DNA of 64,000 bases. Source: Camelus ferus. Its lineage: Eukaryota. This document shows, piece by piece, positions 25,271-37,470 of this stretch. Numbering within the stretch: the first letter of the stretch is position 1; each line of letters opens with the position of its first letter. The translations under genes and the position numbers were made by a program. The notes below the pieces were generated by a model. It was not told the DNA's origin. It made no database searches and was given only the letters and a program-made list of their open reading frames with translations. Location: NCBI RefSeq assembly GCF_009834535.1, contig NC_045696.1:66404001-66468000 (forward strand), in the 5' to 3' direction.

Positions 25271-25579
25271 TGCCCCTGTTTTTGAAGATAGAAATTTGCA
25301 GCCATTTCTCTAGTATAATTAACTGAACAAAACCCCAAAAATTGACTTCCAAGGACTGGAAGGGAGACTGGAGGTAAAGCCAGCAGGTGGTGTGGAAAGG
25401 AGACCGTCCCAATTACATGACCGCACGCCAAGATCTGTTACTTAGCTGTGGTCCTCAGAACCTGAATGGATTTAAACAGACATGAAAAGAGCAAAGAAAT
25501 ACAAACCAGAATATTACTTTCATAATCTGTAACAAGATATGCAAGCATTAAACTAAGTAAACTGTTCTCCCCCAGAGGC

Positions 25580-25748
25580 CAGTGGGTTCCAAGCCTAGAT
25601 GCATTTTAGAATCATCTGGGACTCAAAAAAAAAATACCACCCTCAGAGACTCTGATTTAATCGGTCTTGGGTGGGGACTGGGCATTGGTGTTTTTTAAAA
25701 GCTCCCCAGGTGTTTCAAAAATGCAACCAGGGCTGAGAAACACTGCTG
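25580..25748. mobile_element. MER5A/B hAT MITE
   Basis: cagtgggttccaagcc...cagagactctgatttaatcggtcttggg...aaaagctccccaggtg...gggctgagaaacactgctg. Confidence 0.8.
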
Positions 25749-26245
25749 TAGGCTTCAATTTGTCATCAGAAAGTTGTTTTGGAAACACGAAACCAGAACT
25801 TGTGATGCCAATGATATGAATAAAGAAAGTGTGGAGAGTCGGTGGTGTTCAAACTTCTGCATACGTAAGAGACATTGGGTTATGCTTACTTAAAAAAAAT
25901 AAAGGAAAATACTGGATCCCTGCTTTCTGCTTGACTCTCTCAGTCCCCATCCCCTATGGAACTCAGATGAAAGAACTCTAGGGTAAGCCCCAAGGTGCTA
26001 CTTTATGCAACAACAAATGCGAGTCTGATGCAGATAATCCACAGCCCCCACGCTGAGGAATACTGGTCCATATCCTCCGGGATACACCTGCTTTGAGAAG
26101 GAGGCAAGACTCTCAAACTGAAGCTGCGTGAGAATAAACCGCAAGGCAGGCATGCTGCAACTCAAAGTGACTGCTAGGCTTCACCCCCAGAGTTTCTCAT
26201 TCAGCAGTTTTGGGGTGGAGCCCAGAGTTTATATTTTCACTAAAG

Positions 26246-26445
26246 CAGTGGTTCTCAGCCAGGGAGATTTTGCCTGCTCGAGGACGTTTGGCAGTATCTG
26301 GAGACTTATTTGAAGACTTTATCTCTGTGGAGCAGTTTTAGGCTCACAGCAAAATTGAGAGGAAGGTACGGAGATTTCCCAGATAGATTCCCCTATTCCC
26401 ACACCTGCATAGCATCTCCCCCTGTCAGTGTCCTCCCACCAGCAA
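26246..26445. mobile_element. MER20 5' end abutting an antisense L1MC 3' end
   Basis: cagtggttctcagccagggagattttgcc...tctggagac then gagcagttttaggctcacagcaaaattgagaggaaggtac. Confidence 0.7.
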
Positions 26446-28620
26446 TACTGTGTCATCTCAAACTCCTCCTTCCAATTTATTTTCATCTACCTTTCAGATC
26501 TTCAAAGATCACTCCTCAAGTTCTTTCTCACTGGAATCTTTACATATCTTTTACACGTTTAAGAGTTTTACTTTTTAGGTAACTATCCTTGCAACCTACC
26601 TTCCTTGTAAGTATCCATCATGGAGTAATTACCTGGTGTGTGTGTGTGTGTGGTTTTTTTTTTTCAGAACTGTTTGAAATGCTTTCATCTATACAGCAAT
26701 ACAAAAAATTAAAATATATTTAGAGACAATAATGGAATTTATAATACATTTATTCTTTTAATGTCCATGATTATTTTTTCTTGTTACTTGTGCCATAGCA
26801 CTAATTTCTTAAAAATTTTTTAAAAATCTTCCTAAAGTCAAGTGCACACATCTATGTTATGTTAGAACAGGATTTAGGTTTTATGAAATGAGAAAGGGTG
26901 GAACCTCTTTTTGAAGTGAAGAGCTCTTTTCATCCAGGCTGGAGATCAAGTCCTGCAGGTTTGGATACAGCCCTTGGGGTGCGCAGGCGACCTCAAATGC
27001 CCACAGGGTTTGAGGGGGATACACATGACATGCTTACTCCAAACTGCAGGAGCAAGGCCTGACGTTTGTTTCTTAACCTTGAGAGACATGTTTCCATTCA
27101 AATGGTGAACTGTTGTTGCACTCATGTGTTTCAGAATAAGTAAGAAATGGGTATCATAAAACCACACATGCAAGAAAAACACAATCTAGTAAAACAGACT
27201 GAGATGTGCCTCGGAGAGGGGACTGACAATTAGACAAACAACTCAAAAACAGGCAGAAAATCCAATTGCTCTGGTAGAGATGTACCTTGCCAACTGCGAT
27301 CGTGTTTGATTTGAGTAATAAGAGGAGGCTTCAGAGCGGAATAGCATTGAGAGATGCTTGGGGTTTGAAATAGTTGAGTGGGTGAGGAACAGTTCAGGCT
27401 GAAAGACAGCCTTAGCAAAGCCCTTTGGGCATCTGTAGGTAAGTGTAACAATAGAGCAAGTGCTCAAGGCACACCTCACAGGGCCGCTGGGGCTCTGGTG
27501 CTGAACAGAAAGCCTTAGTGGGAAATAAAGGGGGAACAAAAAATCTCATTGACTTGCACTAACAGGAACAGCCTTTCGGGCATTAGCTTTCACGTTGAGA
27601 ATGGCTGCGTCTTCAAACTCTAGACTGTGTTGCTCTCGTCTGAGCTACATCCTGAGGGTGGACAGGAGGGAGGTGACGTGTTGTACGCCCGGCTCTCTCC
27701 ACCCTGGAACGCCAGCTGAGCTCACCTTTGGAAAGACAGCAAGAGCCACCTCTCTGGACAGGACCACAGTTGTCACACTTGGTTTTAGGAAGCTTCGAAA
27801 GGATAATCTTAATGTCTTCATTATTCCTTGGATTTTTTGTTTTTCATTTGCTTTTGTTCTTTCTTTTTTTTTTTAAATTTTTCTGCCCATATCTATATAT
27901 CATATTTCGTGGGGTGTAGTTAATTCCTCAGTTCTCAGCTGTAAATACATCCCTGCTGATGACACTTTCAGACCACTGCCTGTTGACTGCTATTGCCTGT
28001 GACTGTGCTATTCCCAAGACTGGGAATCTGTTAAGAAAGAGAAAGCTCGCAGACAATCAGCAGCATAATTCAAGCACTCCTATTAAGCGAGGGAATCAGG
28101 CCTTCGTCCTACAATGTAGGCAGACCCTGGACTCCAAGGAGCCACCCTGAGGCCCTGAAAGAAGCCCAGTCAGCCCCGGGGTTTGAGCAACGCCAGGGGT
28201 GGCACCTGTAATAGTGGTATTCTGATCATGGGATCAGCCAGGAATGAACTCCCAGAAAGATCGCAGGAAGTCTGATGTCACTGAAGACCTCAGTTATCCA
28301 AGCAAATGAAGAAGAATGTGAAATGGGAATTTCCCCGTCATCAGCCTGGCACTGACCCAAAGGGTCTGGCTGTGCCACAGAAGGAAGGAGCTCTTCCTCT
28401 CCTTGTGTGAGTTTCCCTGTATCACGAGGCGGGGTTTCGTGAGTTGGGTACCTTAAATAAACTAGATTTTTAAGTCAGAAAGGATTCCTAGAGGTCATAT
28501 CTGATTTCAAGGTAGGTCCTCACATAAAGTATCAGAGAGAGAGATGCAACAGAAGAGGCCTGCGGTGGAAGAAAGCATAGGCATTCAAACCAGAAAGTTG
28601 ACGTTTAAACCCCTCAGCTA

Positions 28621-28754
28621 AGGGGGGAGGGTATAGGTCCGTGGTAGAGTGTGTGCCTAGCATGCATGAAGTCCTAAGTTCAATCCCCAGTACCTCCACC
28701 AAAAGAATAAATAAGCCTAATCACTTCCTCTCAAAACATATTTTTTAAATAAAT
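28621..28754 (+). mobile_element. Vic-1-type camelid SINE inserted in a MIR
   Basis: ggggggagggtatag...gtggtagag (A box), gttcaatcccc (B box), A-rich tail; degenerate TSD aaacccctcagcta (28607-20) / aaatcctccagcta (28755-68). Confidence 0.9.
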
Positions 28755-28913
28755 AAATCCTCCAGCTACGACACCTAGGCATGTCACTCTGGCTTAACTT
28801 CTCCGAGTTTCACTGGAATATGGGGTGTGAGGAAGACAAAGTATTGATACCGTTTTTAACACAATAATCCCAAGAATCAAATGATACAATTTTTCTGAAA
28901 GTGCCTCTTAGGC

Positions 28914-29065
28914 CAGTGAGTCTCAAATTCCAATATGCACACAAACCACTGGTTTGTTAAGATGCAGGATCTGATTCAGTAGATCTGGGGCAGGACTGGG
29001 GAGTCTGCATTTCTCTCAGACTCCTGGGTCATACGCCCTTGTGTCCGGTCCATCGAGCCCTGGTG
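28914..29065. mobile_element. MER5A hAT MITE
   Basis: cagtgagtctcaaatt...tctgattcagtagatctggggcagg...tctgcatttct. Confidence 0.7.
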
Positions 29066-29499
29066 GTAGAGAGTGAAGTGTCGCATTGTGATTGGTTGTT
29101 AGTGGCTATTTCAACAAGTTTTCAGGCAAGGATATTCTTTAGTCTTTATATTTTAATTTTTTTAAATTAACCAACTCCTCCACATTGGCCCATACATCTA
29201 ATAATTCTATAAAACTCAGTATAGTGACTGTTGCTCAAAATGACACAAGTTTCACTGAAGAGTAGGCTTCTGGGAGAATGACTTTTCACTAAATTTATGT
29301 ACAACGATTTCACAGTTATCTCTGTGTACGTCACATACTTGGGAGCTGTGACGAAGCGAAAAGAAAATTTTTTTAAGTGCTGGCAAAGTTACAAAAGAAA
29401 ATTGAAGGGGGTTTTATAAAAAGGATCCTTGGAAATCATTATATAATACTTGCATATAGCATATATTGGTGTATAATTATACTTTTGCGTAGTATTTTA

Positions 29500-29705
29500 T
29501 ATAATTTTCAGGATGCTTTGACATATGTCTCTCCATTAATCCTTTGCAAAAAGGTAGGCTGGGCAGGTAGCATTTGGGCCAATTTACAGATGATGAAACT
29601 GGAACACGGGAGGTGAAGTGAGCTGCTGAAGGTCACACTCACACGGTGGCTGCAATGCTAAGACAAAGCCCAGTTCTTCTGATTCCTAACTCAGCGTTCT
29701 TTCCT
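29500..29705 (-). mobile_element. MIR SINE
   Basis: aatttacagatgatgaaactgg...gaggtgaagtgagctgctgaaggtcacac. Confidence 0.75.
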
Positions 29706-30243
29706 TTGTCTCCCTGTCCGCAGTGCTTACTTACCACACCGCTGAAAAAATGTTATGGTTTGGTTTGTTGAAGCCTGGTTTTGAGTGAGGCCGGGTAGCA
29801 GCAAGTTAACAGGTGCCAGACAACACCTATTTGGTTACCACGGGTACACCGTCAGCAGGGAGCCCTTCGCCGTGGACATCTCTCATACTGATCAGATGAA
29901 AACCTACTCCAAGCCTGAATTTTCAGATGATTCACTTGCTTGTTTAATTTCCAGCCAGGAATGCAGTGTGCTATTCCTTTTGGAATGTTTGCAGTTAGAG
30001 CCTGGGGGAGGAGGACAGCTTGATTACCACAATCACCCGCATGGGGGCTTGGCTTTCTACTCTCAGAAAAACTCTTGTTACCTTTCTTCCTACTTCCTCT
30101 ACAGCACGTCCCTGACCCCTCCAAACCAAGGTGATCTCAAGCGCTCTCCTTCCCTGCTCACGTTAACAACCCTGGGGGGAGCATTTGTAAGGTGTTTGAC
30201 ATCGTATACTGAGGTTTCGCCTGTAGTGACGTTTCACTCAGGG

Positions 30244-30265
30244 GTGTGTGTGTGTGTGTGTGTGT
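30244..30265. repeat. (GT)n microsatellite
   Basis: gtgtgtgtgtgtgtgtgtgtgt. Confidence 0.9.
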
Positions 30266-30349
30266 TTCTTGCCAAATAAAATTGGGAAGTCTTTAAGAGC
30301 AGGGACAAACATGTTTCATGTTACATCTTATACTGAATGATGAAAATAA

Positions 30350-30570
30350 GAAATGGAGGTACAGAGTGAAAATTCTATTGAATTTGGAGTCGGTTGATCT
30401 GGATCAACTCCTCATCAGCCATGTGACCTTGAATAAGACGCTGATACTTTGAGCTTTTGCTGCTTCATCTGGAAAATGACAATATTAGTCATTGTACTAT
30501 TGTCATGAAAAGCAAATGAAATAATGTGTGTGAAATTACTTTGCAAACTCATTAAGAGCTGTATAAACGT
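30350..30570 (+). mobile_element. MIR SINE
   Basis: agccatgtgaccttgaataag...cttcatctggaaaatg...aaatgaaataatgtgtgtgaaa. Confidence 0.7.
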
Positions 30571-33500
30571 AAAGAATGAATTTGTATTTACTTTAAGAAT
30601 AATGTGGATTAAGTAGGAGGAGTCTGCTGGTGACATCGGTCACATACAAAAGTATTTGCATCCCCCTAAAAAACATTTTACATTTCTATGTCCTGCTATG
30701 CAAAGAAATACAGTCACATGGAAACAATATTATTAATTTGCTTTTGTGAAAGTGGGAATGATAAAATATTAATGATCCAAGGAAAGTTGATATAACCCAG
30801 ATGCTAAAAATGTTCATTAAGAGCTGTCAACATTGTAGTTTCATGGAATCCAGATAGTAGGAGTTGAGTTTTGGCTGAGGAAATTCCCTTTTAAATTCTT
30901 AGTATTTTTGCAGAAATATTAAGTGAAACAGTGTAACTACCAAAACCTCTGAGGTTAGGAAAATGATTCACTGTCTAGAATGAGCCCGCTAACATAAACA
31001 GAACACACATACCTACCAGCGCTTCTGAAAGTGATTGTAAAACCCAAACCCACTCTCTCTTCCTACTTATTCATTTTCTGTTGGTATCACATCAAAATGC
31101 TTCCTATTTCTGGCTCTGAGACCACTCCTTTGCAGTCCGTCTCTTCTTTCTTACGCCGTCACACACAGAACAATTGTTGCCACATATTTAATACCTACTA
31201 GGTGCCAGGAGCGGCCCTGGGGTTCTCTACTATCAGTAACCTTCAAATACATCTTGCAAGAAGGTCTTTATTTTTCCCGTGTTACAGAAATCCAGATCCC
31301 AGGAATCTTAAGTACCCTGCTTATAGTCCGTCTGTGGCTCAAGGAACCAGAATTCTAGCTGGGTCCCTGGGCCGCTTTCCCCCTGCTCTTACCAGGCAGC
31401 AGCCCTTGTCCAGGTCTTGCCATTTTTCTTTCAAAAATACTTTACTTTAATTACCCAAACTATTTAAAAAATGTTTTCAATCACTTGAATCTACCCATAG
31501 ACATCTTTCAAATGAAATCATGAAGACATTGAACATCCTCCCGACAAATACCTCTTGAATTACATTGGAAACGCCAGATAATATAAACTCAAGGATATGA
31601 GTAAGAACGTACATGTTGAACATGATGAACTGAATGGTGACATTATTCATATACGACCAAAATATTTATTTTTTCAAAGGGACTGGCTTCGTCAAAATAA
31701 TTACTCGGTTATGAAGCAAAACCCCAAGTTCCACTGGTTGCTCTGCAACTGACTTCCTGTGAGATAGTTGGTAATTGTGTTTCCCTCCAGACCTCAGATT
31801 TCCCATTTGTGACATGAGGAAGTTCTATGAAGTGCGTCACTCACACATGGCCATGGTCCTGTGGCATCAGCGTGTCTAGGTTTACCCCCCACCTTTCTGC
31901 ACACACACCTCCATCAGGCCTTTCCTCTTTTTCCAATCTCTCCTTACTGGGCCATTAGTATCTTGTTCAGACATGCTTTATATTAATCTACCAGCATAAT
32001 GCCCACGCTATTTTACCTTAATATTAGTCTCTAAATTAATTTGCAAAACTTAAGCTTTTTCTGACTAATCATGTCTATGAATTCACCAAATTAGAAAAAA
32101 AATTTTCTGATACCCATGAAACTTAATGTATAACTTAAAAATATTTTTTCATCTCTGAACCCCAGATCTTGGATATCATCCACTGTAAACAAGTCACACT
32201 GGAAAACTCAGATTTCCCTTTGGGACTCCACAAAGAAAGCTGTCCTAATCACAGAGAAGACATGTACAAAGGCAAGCTGTGAGTGGAGGGGAAGTCCAGC
32301 TGGGAGTGGAGCCAGCACCCTTGACCGCCATCACGCGCCACCTCCTGGGTGCTTCCTCAGCACCTGTCCAGCTCACCAGGTCTACCCCTCTACTCCATCC
32401 TGAAAATCTTCTACCACCACCCAGCCTCATCTTTCGGAGTCCTTTTCTATGTCCTATGTGAGGATGAAATTCCTTTCACCACCAAACATATAAAAGAAAA
32501 ACAACATATTAAGTAGTAATGTAAAAAAGCATAGTTTTACTTGTGTCCAATCCATGGTCTCCTTGACAAAGAAGATATTTTCTTATCTGAACTGCATATT
32601 CTTGTGTGTATGTGTGTGTGACATTTTATTTCATTTTACTGATGTATAGACTATTTACAATGTTGTGTTATGAACTCTATATTCTTTTTCTGGGTATCAG
32701 AGCACCCTGAACTGCTCAGCCTGGTCCATCTCACCCTCTTAGAGACCATTCTCACTTTGGGTCCCTGAGCAGCTTGACACTGAGCTCAAGACCTCGGGGT
32801 TTTTGTTTCTTGGGTTTTTGGTTTTTATTTGTTTGTTTTGGTTTTTTTTTCCTCTCTGGTTTCTTAGTTGTAAAGAGCAAACGCAATTGTAAGTTAGACT
32901 AAACCAGGTGGCAGTTTAGATCTACCACTCCGGTCGTGTGTCATGAATCAGTGACTAAAGAGCTCTGTGCCCCAGTTAATTTACATGTAAAATAGGAAAA
33001 CAGGTTTTAAAAGTGGGTTTTGTGAGATTTAAATGAGATAACATGGGGGAAATACCCAGCCTAGCATTTGGCAGCATTCTTATCAAAATCCTTTCCACTT
33101 CCGGTATCTGAAACATGGTAATTACCTGGCTGTTACTGTTGATTCTAGTCTGCAAGAATACTTGGCTTCTTTAGTTACATATAACTATGTTTCTCTCTGT
33201 GCCCAGTGAGATGCACTGTCTCCCTAAAGGCCTTTCTGCTTCATCTCAGCTCCCTTGGCAAGACCTTCACATCAGAGACCTGACTTCTGAGGGACTTCAC
33301 ACTTTGTTCCTGTGTCTGGCCTGTGGGAAGCTAATTTTAAGGCAGAACTGATTTGACTTATCTTGAATGTGTAAACTCTTTCTGGCTTGAAAATCCATGA
33401 TTTTTTTCTGATAACCTATGTAAGTACACACCACCACCCACAAGAGGCTAAATAATTTACATGTTCACTCATTCAAATATTTGACAGAACGTTGACATTT

Positions 33501-34974
33501 ATCAGCAGATACGTAATAGGCACAGAGAGGGTTATGATCCCACTCTACTTGGAAGTAGGTTTGAAAATTTCCCTAGAAAAATGTAAAAGAAGATTTTCTT
33601 TTATAGTTTTCCAAATTACCACTTGATTCACTTTACAACTATAATTCTCTCTCCTTACCTCTTACTTCCTACTATCTCCACATTATCTTACTTTGCCCCA
33701 ACTTGTATTTTCTATCTTGACCAGAAAAATAATTGATCTTTCTATGTAAACGAAGCAGTTGACTTGTCCACAGAGCTCACACGTGCTCCCTTCCATTTGC
33801 GTGCCCTGCTGCCCACGTTCCTGGCCAATGAACAGAACCACTTTTCTCCTGATCACCACGAATGGCTTTTTCCTCCACAAAGGGCTTTAAGTGGATCCCA
33901 TGGACCGAGTCTACCTCTGCAACCACAATGGGTGTAAGGATGTGTACAGTGTTTCTCTAATAGCCTTTGAGTGTCTTGTTTTTCCAATGGGCTCTGCTGC
34001 ACCCTCACTTTAGTTTTAAGTTCCTCAAGAATGAAGATGATTTTTCTACTCCCTTAATCATTTGTCACAAAATCAAATGCAGCGTCTTTCGCAATGTAAG
34101 CCTTCAAGTCATCTGAATTAGAAGATACTTTGTCTGTTGAAAGAGTTGAAAAATTGTTGGACTTCTCTGGGTGACCAAAGTGACCAATTTCATATAACGA
34201 AGACCAGGGTATGAGTGACGTTGGGGGTCTGATGTCCAGGTGGCTTAGGTGAGAGAGGACGTTTTCTGACCTCACCCTGCCTTTTCCTTTAAGTGTAGGT
34301 ATTTGTTTTCCATCCTTTCTTACTACTCCAGTCACCCCTTGTTCCTTCCCTTTGCCTCCCACTTATGCTGCAGCTGTTAGGAAAGAAAGGAAAAAAATAC
34401 GTAACGTAAATTGCTAACAACTTGACTGTGCTTAAGAAGTATTTGTTGAGCCAAGAACTGAATTACGATCACCACTGCTTCAGTCAAAAATTATCTTTTT
34501 CTTCGAGGAAAAGTGAGTCTTGGGAAATGACATTGAGAAGTAAAAGGATGTTTTGTGTGTTGATTACAGAGAGAAAAACACTCTCTTGTGGAGGTGGGAA
34601 GCAGTAGGCATATTTTTTTTAAAAGGAAAGAAAGAGAACTGCCCTTTCTCAAGGCTCCTGCTGCATACCTAGTCAACGGGGAAAGCAAGGCTTCTGAGGG
34701 ACCTTGCAGTCCCTAAAACGTGGTCCCGGAAGCCCAGGCAGAAGGGACTAGACTAGGACACCACCAAGGGCCTCTTCAAGTAGAAAAACTCCAACTCTAA
34801 CATGTTGGTATAAAAGATGTATATAGTTCCATAATTTTTCGTTTAAATAAGAAGAAAGGAGAGAGAAAGAAGAAGGAAGGAACAGACGGAGAAACAAGAA
34901 ACGGAAAAAAATGAAAGAGAAATAAATAGCCAAAGAATGGTAAAGGAAAACTGACTTGTCTGTGGCAGGAAGGC

Positions 34975-35033
34975 AGGAGGAAGGAAGGAAGGAAGGAAGG
35001 AAGGAAGGAAGGAAGGAAGGAAGGAAGGAAGAA

Positions 35034-35110
<77 letters not shown>

Positions 35111-35225
35111 AGAAAGAAAGGAGGAAGGAAGAAAGGAAGAAAGAAAGGAAGGAAGAGAGAAAGAAAGAGGGAGGGAGAAAGAAAGAGGGAGGGAGAAAGA
35201 GAAAGAAAGAAAGAGGAGGAAAAGG
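34975..35225. repeat. Compound (GGAA)n/(GAAA)n microsatellite in an uninterrupted polypurine tract
   Basis: About 13 GGAA units (34979-35030), about 18 GAAA units (35037-35108); no pyrimidine on + strand across 251 nt. Confidence 0.95.
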
Positions 35226-36699
35226 TGTCTGCTTGAGTGATGATTGTTTGTTTGGTTGTTTGTTTGTTTATTTATTTATTTTTTAATTTATTTATGTAAC
35301 TTGTGTTCCTCTGGCTCCCTCTATGGGTATAAAGATTGTTTTTCAGGTCCTCAGACACTGAAGGTTTTAAAGCGGCAGCTGGTTTCTGGAGCAGAGCTGA
35401 AAGGGTTATATTCTTCCAGGAAAATGTGTTCTCGACCATGAATAATGAGATGAGCTACTTAGCTTATAAATACTGGAGATCTGTAAAATCACTACTGATT
35501 TTATTTTTAAGAGCTACATTAAAAGACCTTGTATTATTGAAACACGGTAATAAAACTTTAACGAGACCACACACTCTAGAGGCCATATTAAAACACAATT
35601 TCTGTTATGATTTCTTTGGAGTCCATTTTCAGCTGTGCTGAAAATAACCAATAATCGTAAATATTTACAACAAAATAATGTCTTCTATAGAATGAAGCTC
35701 TTATGAAGCAATTTTTTATTAGTTAGTCCTTCAAATAGGGCAGAATTAAAACATCACCATCCTTCCAAATGAAGAAATGTCAAAACTAAGGCACAAAAAA
35801 GACCAATGTACTAATTTGAATGCAAATTAATGGCTGAGGTTCAGGTAACACATTGACACAGAGCTGAAGAATTTGCAGGTCAGAAATCAGTTTCCTTAGA
35901 GTTGCATGAGAATGCCTGAAATGTTTTCTCTCTGAAAAATTATGATGATACATCAAGGCTCAAATAAATTACATCCCATCCATCATGTTTCCTTCATTTT
36001 CAGACTCAGGAAGTAACATTTTCAATTCTATACTCCGATCACATTCTACATATGACTTTTTATGAGCCTTTTAATATTTATGTGTGATTTATGTGTGATA
36101 ATGATTAAATTTACATCTTACTGTGCTCTCCTTGTGGATAAAAGCCACTCTTCTTATTTCTTTGCTGTCCCAAATTTTCCCTGGGATGGAGACAGGTATA
36201 ATCAACTAACTAACTATATATGTAAAAATATACAGGGCCTAGCATTGCATGGTAAAATCCCCAATAAATATTTTGGATAAATGAATAACTTCTGATGAAT
36301 GAGTAAATACATCCATGAGAGAGTAGTTTCAGCAGAGTTCAAGCACGAAGTAATTTAAGACTCCTACTAGGAGTCTTAGCAACATAGCAACGTAAAGCAA
36401 TACTGTAAAAACTAAGTAGAACTCAGTGCTAAAGGAACAGTGTGAAGGTGCAACAGAAATAGGTGCAGGATTATTCAGAGATCTGAGCCAGGATGTGAAG
36501 GATCTGGACCAGTGGGCACATTCATTTGTGCAAGCACTACACACCAGTGACCCCATTATTTTGTTGTCAAGCAAAAGTCGCACTAAAGAATAAAGTCTTC
36601 AAAAAAAAATCCACTCTCTACCACTGAGTGAGTCAGTAGTGTGGTAGCAGTCTGCTTTAGTCTTGGATTGACATAATGAGACAAAATATTTCCTCTTGG

Positions 36700-37430
36700 T
36701 ACCCAGTAAATACCTCCATATTAATAGGTTCCAAATTGAACTTTTGGTTTCCCATGCCCCTAACTTACTTTTCTTCTATACTTGCTATCGCAGTAAGCTA
36801 TTTGACTTCAGACTCAGTTGCTCAATACTAAAATCTATAGATCCTCTCTTCCTCTTTTTTGATTAGTCTTCAGGTCCTGCCAGTTCTTAACTCCAAATCC
36901 ATCTGCTTAGATTTCTCCTATGATCATCTCAGTCCAGGCTACAACTACCTTATGCCTGGACATGTTCACCTACCTAGCCTCCCATCTTTCAGTTTGTCCA
37001 TCTCCAATGCATTTATTTTTAAAAAATAAATCAATTATCTTTTAAAAATTAAATACAGGTTTTTAATTCAACTGTGGAAAACTTTTCTGTTTTCCAATGG
37101 TGCTAAAATAAAATGCAAACTCCTTGAGATGAGGCCCACAGCTCCTGCAGAATCTGACTCTCGCCTGTCTCTCCAAAAGCACCTCAGACTTCTTTATCAC
37201 AGAACTCCTACACTCTTCACAGTGGCCATATTTCTGTCCTTTGAACTTTCCCAAGCCTAGGTGTCTTCATTTACCTAGAGTACTTCCTCCACAGCCTTGT
37301 GTATATGTCTCTCATCATTTTCATCTTTCAAGTCTTGAGCGACATGGTTAGCCAACTTGACAACAAATTCATGTTTTGCATTCTTCTCCATCCTTGTTAT
37401 CCTCACTGGTCCCTCAAACTCCCTGGGATC
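36700..37430 (+). mobile_element. L2 LINE fragment
   Basis: ccaaattgaacttttgg, cagttgctcaa, agtccaggctac, aaataaaatgcaaactcctt. Confidence 0.65.
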
Positions 37431-37470
37431 AAACATGAATTTAATTACTTACTATACCAGTCAGGGTTCT

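Noticed and set aside
28621..28700. tRNA-like sequence with A and B boxes
   Set aside because: Head of a Vic-1-type SINE with A-rich tail and TSD; no cloverleaf tRNA gene.
29785..30279. 164-aa ORF
   Set aside because: GTG start, ends in a (GT)n microsatellite, no recognisable homology or exon structure.
34956..35240. 94-aa R/K/E-rich ORF
   Set aside because: Translation of the purine microsatellite.
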